A stretch of 64,000 nucleotides of DNA from contig OZ037766.1 in assembly GCA_964035545.1 (NCBI GenBank), positions 23,862,126 through 23,926,125 on the forward strand, given 5' to 3'. Source of the stretch: Bugula neritina (lineage: Eukaryota; Animalia; Bryozoa). Shown here piece after piece: positions 43,659-57,576 of the stretch. The notes below the pieces were generated by a model that saw nothing but the letters and a program-made list of their open reading frames with translations, had not been told where the DNA came from and searched no databases. The position numbers were made by a program, and so were the translations under genes. Numbering within the stretch: the first letter of the stretch is position 1; every line of letters begins with the position of its first letter.

Positions 43659-45453
43659 AACAATTATAATAATAAATATTTGTGATTTATACCTGGTAAT
43701 TCCAGTTTTAAATTGTAGTTCAAGTATAGTATGAGGCGCTGGTGCTTCTATTTTAACTAATTAAATTAGTATATAATTATATTTAATTCTAGATATGCTT
43801 GAAAATTTATACATGCTGTTGTAAGATTATTGAAACATGACTAATTTACAGAAAATAATTTGGTAGTTGAACAACAATTTGAGTTCTAAATATGACATCA
43901 TGTGTTTCTGCTGTTTATTTCTAAATATAATTTAAACCATTGCAGCATGGGTCAAGTGATAACCATGAATGTTTTAAAGTAGCCTGAAAATTATAAATAA
44001 ATCATTTGAATAAACTGCAGAAATAGTATTTCTAGCTGGTGTTAGATCCAAAGTCTTGCTAGTTCTAAGTAGGCTATACCTAAGCTTATTATAATCCCCA
44101 GTTTCAAATTGATTGATAACTTGCTGGATGAGTTGACAGTGTGTATGTGCAAAAGTTTTTTTGTTGGTTAATTCAACTTAATAGTTGACTTACTATTTAA
44201 AGTGATAGACTACCTAACTTATTGGGCGACTTTGCTATTATATGACTGCATTAATTATAAGTTCTATTAAGTGGCAAATAGCAGTTATTTCAGATTATTA
44301 CATTCATTAGAAGCTATTTAAAAAAGCTGTTTGAAAATTAAAAACGTATATAAAACACATTACCATGAATTACTTGTGTTATAAACGCTAGAATTAGCAG
44401 GATGGTATATGGCAAGACTTTTTATTGCCTGATGTTGTGAAAATTACAAACAAAATTAAAGTTTTTCATTTAGATTGACCTAGATGCACACTCTATCACA
44501 TGTCATAACATTGTCAGCCAGCATGATGTCACTCGTGTGCACAAGCAATGCTATTGTTTGACATACTGTATGTATATTACCCTAGCGAGTAGGAGCGTTG
44601 TGGGTTAATATTCCCACAACGTTCAATTATAAAGTGTTAGTGACTTCATATTCTTTTAATTATGTCTTAAAGTATAAAATGACAGGGTTTTATTGTTAAG
44701 TTTGAAGGAATCATTAGACTCTTGGAGTATTCGGGCTTATGAGCGAAGAGGAGACAAATGCTGTGTTGTATTGACTGACAGCAATTCTAGAAGCAGAACA
44801 ATATGTGGTTATTGGTAAATACTGTGTATTTCTAAGGACATGAGAAAATATATATGCAGCAAATAGTCACATTAATTTCTGTTTGTAAAGAAAATATTTT
44901 GTTTAAGCTTAAAAAATAAAATAAGTGACATAGTATATTAGTTCATAAAATAAATTATGAAAAAATGGCAGGTGTAGCTAAAATAGAATTTAGATACTGC
45001 CAAAAATATAAGATAATGGCGCACCTGGAATTTGAGAGCATAGCTTATAGAAGATTCTTATAGAGAGGTTGAGGTATAAACAAAAGGATAACCAGTAAAA
45101 ATAAAACGAAAAGGTAAAACGCCAAAAATTAAAAAGATCCATGTAGCCACGATTCTAAAAAAATTTATGGGTAGTTATTCATTAGATTTCAAAAATAAAT
45201 TTTAGAAAAACTTCCAAGAATATTTGAAGGAAGTAAAGATTCCTTCTGAATTCACTACTCAGTTACATAATACTGCAAAAAATTACGATAGAGATTATAA
45301 ATGGCACCACATTGAAGGCATAGTTGAAACATACTTAATGATGGATTGAAACAGATTTAAAACAAACCTTGTTAATAGGCTACAGATAGCTTTTAAAGAG
45401 CCGTAATACTATAACTCAGATCTAAGTACAACATTCCCTAAATAGCACGAGAG

Positions 45454-47042
45454 CTAGACTGGTCTTATACCAACAATAGATCTCAGCTGTTCGAATATAA
45501 AAAATGTGACTATAGTGTGTGGTCCTATTCTCATCCAGTTTGGTATGAAGCCCTTATATAACCCTTTCAAACCTTCTGCTTTAAGGCACTGACGGGCTGC
45601 GTCTAATGGTGAATTGTATTTAAGACCTTTTCCACCTGTTAAACAAAAATAATAATACTAGAATCCAAGAACTTATTTCAAAAATATTTTCATTATATTA
45701 ATATAAACAAAATATCATACATATATAGCAAGTATCAACTTAGCAAGTTTTACAAAATTTTAAAGTATAAAATCCAATCAAATTATTTTTGTAGAGTTTT
45801 TTTTTGCAAACTTAAACATCTCTAACCTGTCTTTCACTGCTCATGGTGAAAAATAACTACAGAACTCCACATAAATATAAAATCAGTATTGATAATTTCT
45901 ATCACAACGCTGACTATTTTTATAGAAAAGCTGACGAGATACAAACCTATCTTATGCTGATTCATAATCCTAGTTTTTATAGTGTCCACTGGAGAGGTGG
46001 TGATAGCACACATCAGGCCAGCGACCATTGAAGATACAATATGCAGAGGTACTCCTTCCTCCATGAGCTGGTGGTTTAGTAAGGTGTGTTTCATGTGGTC
46101 ATACGTGGGTATCTACAGTATCCATACAGCGCATGTACAGAAGATAGGAGAAAAAAGCTCAACACAGTTGCGCTTATATTTATTAAGCAGCACATCAACA
46201 TGGAACTTACCTGTAAATTAAACCTACACAATCGCATCAGAGAAATTAAAAAAGGCACTAGTTGGTTTAATTTTTACCAGTGCGCCTGTATTTCTAGCAT
46301 TTATGTTTAGCTATTTAAAAACCAGAAGAAAAAAATTGCTTCACGCGTGCGCATGAATGACATATCATAGATTTACGAAACTGGTCAAAGTTAAGCGATT
46401 GTATATTATACAATAAAGAGTTGTCTGCTCTTGATATAGCTGAATGCTCAGTACAGACTGAAACTTATTTTGTCATCCTTAGTTACAACAAACTCTAACA
46501 AAATTATTGGTAGAGCTGGGCGTAGGTGATACACTTTTTATATAAATACTGGCGCGGAAGCTTCTTCAAACTACATTCCTAAATTAAGAAAACAACCGCA
46601 AAATACTGACAAAATAATTGAGCTTTAATATACTGCTATGTACTAAGAGACTTACAACTACTCACACAAGTTTATAGTCGCTATCCCTGTGAGAAACCCC
46701 TGATAGAAAAGGTAAACTTTTGTTAAATCGGGCTAAGGACTTATTCAGATGAGGCACAAGAGCAATTATGACTAGATGCCTTTCCTAACATCACCAATGG
46801 CCTTTGTCTGGGCTCAAACCCATGACCTTCGTGCTTCCTAGACAAACGCTCTAACCCCTAGACCAAAACTACTATTACGTAAAATAAGATATGCAATGTA
46901 AATGTCTAACTAAACATTAAAATTTAATGTTAATTTTGTTACCAATAGCTGTGCCAAAGGTAATACTTATTTACTTGAGTAGCTGTGAGTATCATAGCTC
47001 TACACACAGTAGGTGTACATCCTGTCCAAAGACCTCTAACAC
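45454..47042 (-). CDS. 3' three exons of an SLC25 mitochondrial carrier, UCP/ucpB-like subgroup; 5' exons not in window
   Basis: Exon 47042-46975: GVRGLWTGCTPTVCRAMILTATQ. Exon 46112-45947: IPTYDHMKHTLL...AITTSPVDTIKTRIMNQ, with the carrier signature PxDxxKxR. Exon 45635-45454: ...EGLKGLYKGFIPNWMRIGPHTIVTFFIFEQLRSIVGIRPV*. Phases are compatible, GT-AG. Confidence 0.9.
46660..46865 (-). mobile_element. tRNA-derived SINE copy in SLC25 intron
   Basis: Collinear with 21197-21392 (actcac.caagtttatagtcgctatccctgtgagaaacccc...ctaacatcaccaatggcctttgtc). Confidence 0.8.
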
Positions 47043-47834
47043 CTATGGAAATGAAACAATACAAGAAATGTACATTCTCAGCTGCACGTCAATGCCGTAG
47101 AGATAGACTGATTAACTGTCATTCAGAGGTGGTACTGCGTGAGGGTTACAAACCACTAACAGAAAGGTTGTTCACATGACCCATAATATTGCTCTACTCT
47201 ACCGACTAAGTCATTCACATTCGTTTATTGCAGAGCAATGCACCTCATTATTATGTTTCATAAATCAGAGCCGAATTTGCAAAAAATATATGTTATTGAG
47301 TAGCTATGACATAGAGGACACAAATCCTAATGACTTGAACATTGCGATTACTTACATTTAAATTTCAAGTATACACCTGCAAAAAATAAACAGGTAATGC
47401 GGCGAATTTTAGTGAGCAATTCTGGGGTGTTTTATTTGCTTACATACATGCACATGCTTGGTGCCTATAGCAACAGTTCCACATAAATAATGTATTTTGT
47501 TATTTCTTTTCTGCAATGTAATAAATGTTTGATAGTTGTAATGAGACAGCAGCCAACTCTCACTCTAAATTCTAACTGCGCAAATACTGATGGTTCTTAT
47601 GAGCATATTTGTAAAGATGGTTATGCAAGAAATGAATACTTATGTTCAGATAATTATTAAAAAGTGAGAATTTTTTGAAGTGTTGAGAGTACGGGCACTA
47701 TTCTTAGTAGTAAATAGCTAGAAAAAATTCGCATTTATTTCCAAGTGTTTATATACCCAACATAGTATTCTATACATAATTATCTTTTATCAATGTTGTA
47801 TTTTCAGTATACTACTGAAGTCTTAATTTTGTAG

Positions 47835-47957
47835 ATGTAGATGAATGTTCTATAAAAGCAGACTCCTGTGATAAAGCAGCTAATTGTGTCAATACCCTGG
47901 GGTCTTATACATGTAAATGTAAAACTGGTTATTTTGGTAATGGAAGAAAGTGTACAG
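47835..47957 (+). pseudogene. Orphan cbEGF exon ([18 protein letters not shown]...) in partial duplicate 47418-48023 of 33008-33613
   Basis: Intact exon, but with no upstream exons; its downstream exons now lie inverted at 55552 and 54579. Confidence 0.7.
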
Positions 47958-48025
47958 GTCAGTATTATAGCTATTCATATTACATTATTATTTTTTTAGA
48001 AGAAAATTGATAGCATTTTTAAAAA

Positions 48026-51000
48026 AACGTATCCAGGGTTACAGTGGCAAAAAGCAGAACCAACAGTATTTATACAAAATCCATTGGAACTACAAGCTGG
48101 TGGGTTGTTAGAGGTACACTCATTTATATCTGCAAGACAATGAGATAAATATAGCAAGGTGATGCATAGACTGGTGGGTATTTAAGGCAGCTAATTTTGT
48201 AGCAAGAAATATAATAAGTAATACTGTTCAATGTGTAAGCAACATATAATTAAGCTTTTTGTTTATTAGCGTTAATAGAAAATATTTTGTGAGCATTGGT
48301 ATTTGTGAGTATTGACTACATTGATAAAAATAATTTCTCTTATCTTTTGTCATATTACCTAATATCTCAAAATTAAAATTTCTCATAAGTAAAATTATAA
48401 ATATCATTTATACTACCAGATTCTATTGAAATATTATTAGCAAAAGTATTACTATGTTATAATGGTTAACATCTCCGTACTATATATAATTTTGAGTTCA
48501 TGCTTTTAGTTTAAATTACGGTAAAGTGCTTAATTCAAATCTGTGTGCATGTGCATTTATAAAACTTGTCATTGTTATATGAATTTTTATGCATTTCATT
48601 TTAGTATTTAGCAGTTTGCTTAGCAAACCATTTCCATACACATTTTATGTCATGTAGAAATTTGAGTATAATTTTCTATTTTTTAAATAATTGTGCATAT
48701 GAATTAAATTTACTTCCTTTTTCAGACAAACAATTATTTTTTGCAGCTATATTTGCCCAAAACAGGTGAAGTTCAACTTCTTAGTGCAGCATTAATATTT
48801 ACGGATGTACTACACTCTAACCAATAATAATTATTTACTATTATATTATATACTACAGCCAATAATAATTATTTACTCTTTTACTATAACAATCTAATCA
48901 ATTAGTCTATAACAAAAACTATAATAAAACTGTTTGGCAAGTATTACTCCAGCTACAAGCCAACCTTTACAGTGTTTTCCATCTCCTGTGAAACCGGAAT
49001 CACACTTGCAATGCAATCCTTTAAGAAACTCCCATCTACATGATGCATCAGCTGAACATGTCTTACAGACATCAGGATTAATTGATGAAGCTGTAATTCA
49101 ATAAGAATGAATGAATTATGAGAGTAAATGGCTCTGACTTTTAAAGTAAATTTCTGGTGGCTGTAATTTATATATTACCAAGAAGAAACTATATATTATA
49201 AAGACTTATTGTCAATATTGATGAATTGCAAATAATTGAAATTAACTTAGTTAAGCTTAACATTTTCCAAACATATGTTTAGATACATATTAGTTCAAAT
49301 TCATAAATTTTGAAAAAAAACAGTTGCATATGCAAAGTAGGCTTTATTTTAAAACTTGATCAAAATTGCCTAAAAACTCAAAATTATAAGGAAAATAAAT
49401 AGTTATAATTAGTAGTTTATGTGAAATGAACAATTGTTGTCATCAAATACTTAGTAGCAACATAAAATTTTTATGTAATCTATAATGGCTATCAATTTGC
49501 GTCTAAAAAAAAATAATAATAATCTATTATAAATAACGAATACTGACCTGTACACTCTCTTCCATTACCAACATAACCAGTTTTACATTTACATGTATAA
49601 GACCCCAGGGTATTGACACAATTAGCTGCTTTATCACAGGAGTCTGTTTTTATAGAACATTCATCTACATCTACAAAATTAAGACTTCAATAGTATACTG
49701 AGAAGACAAGATTGATATAAGATATGTATAGAATATTATGTTGGGTATATAAACACTTAGAAATAAATGCGAATTTTTTCTATCTATTTACTAATAAGAA
49801 TAGTGCCTTTACTCTCAACGCTTCAAAGAAATTCTCATTTTTTGATAATTATCTGAACATAAGTATCCATTTTTTGCATAACCATTTTTACAAATATGCT
49901 CATAAGAGCCATCAGTATTTGCGCAGTTAGAATTTAGAGTGACAGTTGTCTGCTGTCTCATTACATCTATCAAACATTTATTACATTGCAGAAAAGAAAT
50001 AACAAAATATATTATTTATATATAACTGTTATTATAGGCACCAAGCATGTGCATGTATGTAAGCAAATAAAACACCCTAGAATTTCGGTCACACTTCTTT
50101 AGATAAATATAGCATCAGGTAAAAGTAAAGAAGCTATACTGACCTCTACATGACACTCCACTACCACTGTAACCATCTTTACATTGACAGTTAAAAGAAC
50201 CTTTAGTATTTATACAGTTAGCATCAGGGTGACAGTCATCTGGTTTCAGAGTACACTCATCAATATCTATAATGTTGATAATAATTTATAACAAATCTTG
50301 CACAAATTGTTAATCATCAGTAAATGCATATAATTAATTTGTTTTAACTGATAGAACACCAATACTAAATCAGATGGAAACAGAACTGATAAAAATAGTA
50401 GTTGGTATTGTTTTAGTGATAGTACTTGTCTTTACTACAGGAGATGTTTCCATTCCAGTCCCAACTACTTTCAATGGAACTGTAACATCAGCTGCTGTTT
50501 CATTAACTGTAACTGAAACAACACTTTTCAATAAATCTAACAGACTTCTAGATTTTGTTGTTTTACTGATTGATGGAGTTGTAGATGTTGTGAGTTCATA
50601 TGTCTGTGTATCTCTTTGAGCAGCCTTAGGAAAAGTACTCTGTGTTGGAACTGTCATTACTTCTGTTCCTTTTATTACTAAAGGAACTTTGACATCACTT
50701 CCTGTCTCATTAGCTGGCACTGAGACGAGGTTCTGCAGTAAACCCAGCAAACCTTGAGAGGCATCAGCAGCACTAACTATAAAGTGACATATAAAATTAA
50801 AAAGTCAAGCAACTCTTGCAGTTGTCACCAAGTTTAAATTCAGAAGCAGGTTGGAATAAGAAAGTGCTAAAATTGCTACAACAGACACTAGAGATTTTAA
50901 ATACCATAATTATATGCTTATTATATATACTATCAAGATTCCTGAGTATTTATAGCTCAAGGGTATCCAACATTTATCAATTGAGAGCCACTGCAATGGG

Positions 51001-52852
51001 CTATCCTATGGCAAGTGTCACATTGTAAAATTTAGCTTGGGCTGTGGCCACAGCATAAAGTTTTATTCCAAATTTCTATGAATCATTACACAATAAAGTT
51101 CCGACAATTACTGCATGCTGCATGTTTTTAGTATAAATAAAAAAAAATAAAAAAATAAAAAAATAATTTTTTTATTTTGATTCATATGTATGTGCAAAAC
51201 AATTTAACTTGTTTTTTGAGGGCTACATAAATGCCTGTTGGACAGCCCTAATTTAGCGAACTTAAAAGAGGTTAGGGAAATAGATGATAAAATATGTCAA
51301 CTGGACTTGGACCAGTAAGCTACATTATAACACTTTCTCACTTTTAGTTACTTTTACATTTTAATCAGCAACAAATTTTATCTGTAATTTATAATTATAT
51401 GCTGCTAAAAAGATTTAGCCATAGAAAAACTTGCATATATATAATACTTAGATTGTGCTGGTAAATCTAAGCAGATGATATGTTTCTACTTTACAATGCA
51501 TTTTTAACTTACATACTTTATTAATTAATTTGCTTTTGAAATACATATAGCCTATTAAAGTATGTTATAGTTATTACTAATATTTATTTTCAATTATTTC
51601 TATTTTATGAACGTTTATAAATATTTATTAAAGTTCGAATTTCAATACATATACTAGTACAGTTTTACTTAACATGTTGCTTTGCAGTTTGTTACTAAGA
51701 AAATAGCTTCTTTACAACTTTATGTACTGATTTTTGATGATAACTGGTTTGTGTGTTAATAGTTCCTTTTCAGCAAGCGGAAGTATAAAACATGTGTAAA
51801 ATTAAATAATTTTTATTAAAGATATTATACCTATGAACATTTTATAGCTAGACTTTATTTCTGCATAAAATATGTCAAATGATGATCTATGCAGGTGTTT
51901 AAGTTTATTCTATAATCTACAAGCAAGTTTTATGGTATATCTGATTAATTCCCATCAAGTACCAACTGTCAATTGCCATTTTTTGACTTAGAAATGTGCT
52001 TTTGGTAAAGGAAACCAAATTCTTACCAGCCTTATTATGCAGCCTTATTATAACAACTATTTTAAAAATTACGCTTTTATTGCGAATGCGTTGTCTCGTA
52101 ATACTTTTCCATTAATAAAAGAGACTAGGGATGCTGGGAATTAAGCAGAATAGTACCAATATTATATGTAATTTTAATTTTGCTATGTGTACATTTTTAA
52201 TCTGTTATTACAATACAATAAAGCAATTAGGATAAGTTGGAGTAAGCATTATTAATGAATTGGGAAATAAAAGCTTTTTAATATTTTTTTGTAAGCAAGC
52301 TGCAGCAATGAGACAAGTGTTACAATGGATATATATATGCAACAGAATAACACGTTTGAATCATCAGCCTGTAAGATTATGCAACTTTAAAAATAAGCTC
52401 CATGCATTCTATAAATATAAATGTTTTTGCACAGGGAAAGTACCTAAAATAAACTTTCTAAAAGCACCTAAAAGCCAGTAAAGACTAATGAACAATGCAT
52501 CATCCTAAATGGCTCAGTGGAAATAATATCTGCAATTTCAAAAAAATATAATTGTTGCTAAAAAGTCACTGAATAATCAAATTTCTGTTAAAATAAAAAA
52601 TGAAACCTTATGTTAGTTTAGAAATAAAACACTGCATGTAGGTATAAAAGCATAAGATTTCCACACCACTGTTTTTTCCTATTACTGTACTAGGTAATAG
52701 TTCAAAAACTAACTTTAAGTAACTAATTCTTGAGAATGATGCTGTATAACCTACATTTTGCTTTGTGCTAAACTGAAGCTGTAGACTCACTCACCTTTCA
52801 TACCACCTTCCATCAGAATCAACAAGAAAACACATTTATGAAGAGTAAACAT
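48026..52852 (-). pseudogene. Gene E: inverted gene C-type mucin-EGF copy with terminal exon broken by inversion
   Basis: Minus-strand exons 52852-52795 (signal), 50776-50370 (Thr-rich, to TGA), 50266-50144, 49670-49548, 49090-48965, 48129-~48026 (stops matching at ...CNPGYV, sixth Cys missing). Confidence 0.75.
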
Positions 52853-54415
52853 GGCAGTTGCTGACAGTTTGCTTTCCCTTACAAAAATCTTCTTGACTTG
52901 TGAAGTTTTAAAATGCTAGCATGCAAAGCTGACTATCAGTTATATGCAGTATTTTTTTGTTATCAGAAAACTTGGTGGTGAAATGTGAGAAGGTAAGCTC
53001 AGTATATGCTGCAATAGTTGTTATCAAAATATAAAGTTTGACGGCGAGCAGCCAATAAAATCACAAAACAATCCCCATTAGTCTTTCATATGTCTTCTTA
53101 ACCTATATAGAAATCTATCAGCCATAGATGAAGTAGTTATTAAATTAAAGTGTTTTGAACTTACAGTTTGTGATGAGAGTGGTGATTATTGTCAAGTTGT
53201 ACAAACACTCTTAAAAATAAGCAGAATAATTGAGCTAATTAGGTTGTTTTGAACTTTATATTATAGCAAGTAATACCACTGATAAATAGTGTATAATTAT
53301 ATAACCAAAAAGTTTTTAGATAAGAAAAATTCTCCATTACTTCCTTCTTATTGTAGTGTGCTTCAACATTGGCCAAAACTCATGCTTTTGCAAAACATTC
53401 ACTCGAACTATTTTACTCATTTTTTTCCATCTGAACTTTTTAATCTACAATGCTTTCTATATATATACTAGTACATTGCATAATTAGTTTTTCTTCAAAT
53501 TATCCACATTTAACTTTTCTTCTATCTAATCTTAAATATAATGACAAGCTTTGTTATATAAGATGTGTTTAATGGCCCAGATAGTTATCCAGGTGGCATG
53601 CTGGCTAATTTAAGGTCACTAGTATATAAGCGTCTGAGAATAATAATATATTATTTGTTGTTTTCTAACCTTGATTAATAGTTTTAACTAAATCATTTTA
53701 TAACTTCAAAAACAATATTAGTATTATAATATAAATTTATGATCAATTTAACATAAAATAGATACGTATACATAATAATCTAGTAGACTCTGGGAGCTGT
53801 TGCCAATATCGTTGATAAGGGTAGTTTAAATGATTATAAGAGTTGTATTGACTTACAACTCACAACTAAGCAAGAGTATATATCTGATCAAAGTACTTCT
53901 TTGACATTGCTTGGCCAATTTCATGCTAGTAAAACGAAATGCTAGTCTAAGCAACTTTAAATCATTATATAATATATACATTTATAATGACATAACATTG
54001 ATCATGCAATCTGCTCGTGTAAAGTTGACCCAATTTTTTTATAAAATATTTTATCTACGCTAAATGTCATATAATGTTACTTCAAAGATATTCTGAATAA
54101 AAATAATGCTTTTAAGTAGCCTTAAACTGCCAGTATTTTTGTTGTTTTATGAGTGCATGTGCACATATAACTGCAACCATATATTTCTAAGCTAAAACAT
54201 TTTATTGTTGATCAATTATTGATTAAAAAAAAGAAGAAAATTTTAAGTATTTTTATAAAAAAAGCACTGCAAGCCTTGCTTTAATAGCAAAAGAAAATTT
54301 GGATATCATAAATGTGAAACACAATATTATATAAAAACATATAGCACTCAATATGTTTATTGTCAGTAATTATATGTTAACTGGCAACTTCAACTTAATT
54401 CATTTCAACGTTCTA

Positions 54416-55552
54416 TTAGCCAAAGTTTTCAAATGACTTGAAGAAGTCTTGGTGAACACAATCAAAACCATCTCCAACATATCCAGGGTTACAGTGGCAA
54501 GAAGCAGAACCAACAGTATTTATGCAAAATCCATTGGAACTACAAGCTGGTGGGTTGTTAGAGGTACACTCGTTTATATCTGCAAGACAATGAGATAAAT
54601 ATAGCAAGGTGATGCATAGACTGGTGGGTATTTAAGGCAGCTAATTTTGTAGCAAGAAATATAATAAGTAATACTGTTTAATGTGTAAGCAAAATAGAAT
54701 TAAAACTATAGCTTTTTGTTTATTAGCTTTGATAGAAAAAATGTTTTGTGAGCAATAATTGGTATTTGTGAGTATTGACTACATTGATAAAAATAATTTC
54801 TTTTATCTTTTGTCATATTACCTAATACCTCAAAGTTATAATTTATCATAAATACAATTATAAATATAATTTATACTACTAGATTCTATTGAAATATTAT
54901 TAGCAAAAGTATTACTATGTACTGTAATGGTCAACCTCTCCGTACTATATATAACTTTGAGTTCATGCTTTTGATTTGCATTATGGTTAAGTGCTTAATT
55001 CAAATCTGTGTGCATGTGCATTTATAAAACTTATCATTGTTATATGAATTTTTATGTATTTCATTTTAGTATTTAGCAGTTTGCTTAGCAAACCATTTCC
55101 ATACACATTTTATGTCATGTGGAAAATTGAGTAAAGTTTTCTATTTTATAAATAATTGTGCATATGAATTAAATTTACTTCCTTTTTCAGACAAACAATT
55201 ATTTTGTGCAACTATATTTGCCCAAAACAGGTGAGGTTCAACTTCTTAGTGCATCATTAATATTTATGGATGTACTACACTCTAACCAATAATAATCCTT
55301 TACTATTATATTATATACTACAGCCAATAATAATTATTTACTCTTTTACTATAACAATCTAATCAATTAGTCTATAACAAAAACTATAAAACTGTTTGGT
55401 AAGTATTACTCAAGCTACAAGCCAACCTTCACAGTGTTTTCCATCTCCTGAGAAACCAGAATCACACTTGCAATGCAATCCTTTAAGAAACTCCCATCTA
55501 CATGATGCATCAGCTGAACATGTCTTACAAACATCAGGATTAATTGATGAAG
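54416..55552 (-). pseudogene. Orphan inverted terminal EGF cassette (exons 55552-55427 and 54579-54416)
   Basis: Intact copies of 34002-34127 and 34963-35126, cut off upstream by the junction at ~55938. Confidence 0.75.
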
Positions 55553-55937
55553 CTGTAATTCAATAAGAATAAACAAATTATGAGAGTAAATGGCTCTGAC
55601 TTTTAAAGTAAATTTCTGGTGGCTGTAATTTATATATTACCTTAATAAGAAACTATATTATATTATGAAAACTTATTGTCAATATTGATGAATTGCAAAT
55701 AATTGAAATTAACTTAGTTAAGCCTTACATTTTCCAAACATATGTTTAGATACATATTAGTTCAAATTCATAAATTTTGAAAAAAACAGTTGCATATGCA
55801 AAATAGGCTTTATTTTAAAACTTGATCAAAATTGCCCGAAAACTCAAAATAATAAAAAAAATAATAGTTACAGTTATAGTCCATGTGAACTAAACATTGG
55901 TTGTCATCAAATACTTAGCATCAACATAAATTTTTTA

Positions 55938-55998
55938 TGGAAATGGTTTTGATTGCGTTCACCAAGACTTCTTCAAGTCATTTGAAAACGTTGGCTAA
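55938..55998 (+). pseudogene. 3' remainder of split terminal EGF exon ([19 protein letters not shown])
   Basis: Continues where the 48129-48026 minus fragment stops. Confidence 0.85.
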
Positions 55999-57576
55999 TA
56001 AAACGTTGAAAGGAATTAAGTTAAAGTTGCCAGTTAACATATAATTACTGACAATAAACATATTGAGTGCTATATGTTTTATATAATATTGTGTTTCACA
56101 TTTGTGATATCCAAATTTCCTTTTGTTATTAAGGCAAGGCTTGCAGTGCTTTTTTTATAAAAATACTTAAAGTTTCCTTCTTATTTTTTTAACCATTAAT
56201 CGATCATTAATAAAATGTTTTAGCTCAGAAAACATGGCTATATAGCTGCAGTTATATGTGCACATGCACTCATAAAATAACAAAAATACTGGCAGTTTAT
56301 GGCTACTTAAAAGCAATATTTTTATTCAGAATATCTTTGAAGTAACATTCTATGACATTTTGCGTAGAGAAAATATTTTATAAAAAAATTGGGTCAACTT
56401 TTCACGAGCAGATTGCATGATCAATGTTATGTCATTATAAATGTAGATATTATATAATGATTTAGAGTTGCTTAAACTAGGATTTCGTTTTATTAGCATG
56501 AAATTGACCAAGCAATGTCAAAGAAGTACTCTGATCAGATATATACGCTTGCTTAGTTGTGAGTTGTAAGTCAATACAACTCTTATAGTTATTTAAACTA
56601 CCCTTATCAACGATATTGGCAACAGCTCCCGGAGTCTACTAGATTATTATGCATACATATCTATTTTATGTTAAATTGATCATAAGTTGATATTATAATA
56701 CAAATATTGTTTTTGGAGTTATAAAATGATTTAGTTAAAACTATTAATCAAGGTTAGAAAACAACATATAATATATTATTATTCTCAGACGCTTATATAC
56801 TAGTGACCTTAAATTAGCCAGCATGCCACCTGGATAACTATCTGGGTCACTAAGCACTTCTTATATAACAAAGCTTGTCATTGAATTTAAGATTAGATAA
56901 AAAGAAAGTTAAATGTGGATAATTGGAAGAAAAACTGATTATGCAATATATTAGTATATATAGAAAAGCATTGTAGATTGAAAAGTACAGATGGGAAAAA
57001 ATGAGTAAAATAGTTCGAGTGAATGTTTTGCAAAAGCATGAGTTTTGGCCAATGTTGAAGCACACTACAATAAGAAGGAAGTAATGGAGAATTTTTCTTA
57101 TCTATGAAATTTGCTAATTTCATACTTATACACTATTTATCAGTGCTATTACTTGCTATAATATAAAGTTCAAAACAACCTAATTAACTCAATTATTCTG
57201 CTTATTTTTAAAAGTGTTTGTACAACTTGATGATAATCACCACTTTTATCACAAATTGTAAGTTCAAAACACTTTAATTTAATAACTACTTCATCTATGG
57301 CTGATAGATTTCTATATAGGTTAAGAAAACATATTAAAGACTAATAGGGATTGGGTTGCGGTTTTCATTGGCTGCCATCAAATAGATTATATACTCTTTA
57401 TTTTGATAAAAAATATTGCGGCATATATTGAGTTTACTTTCTCACATTTCACCACCAAGTTTTCTGATAACAAAAAAATACGGCATATAACTGATAGTCA
57501 GCTTTGCATGCAACATTTTAAAACTTCACCAGTCAAGAAACATTTTGCAAGGCAAAGCAGACTGTCAGCAACTGCC

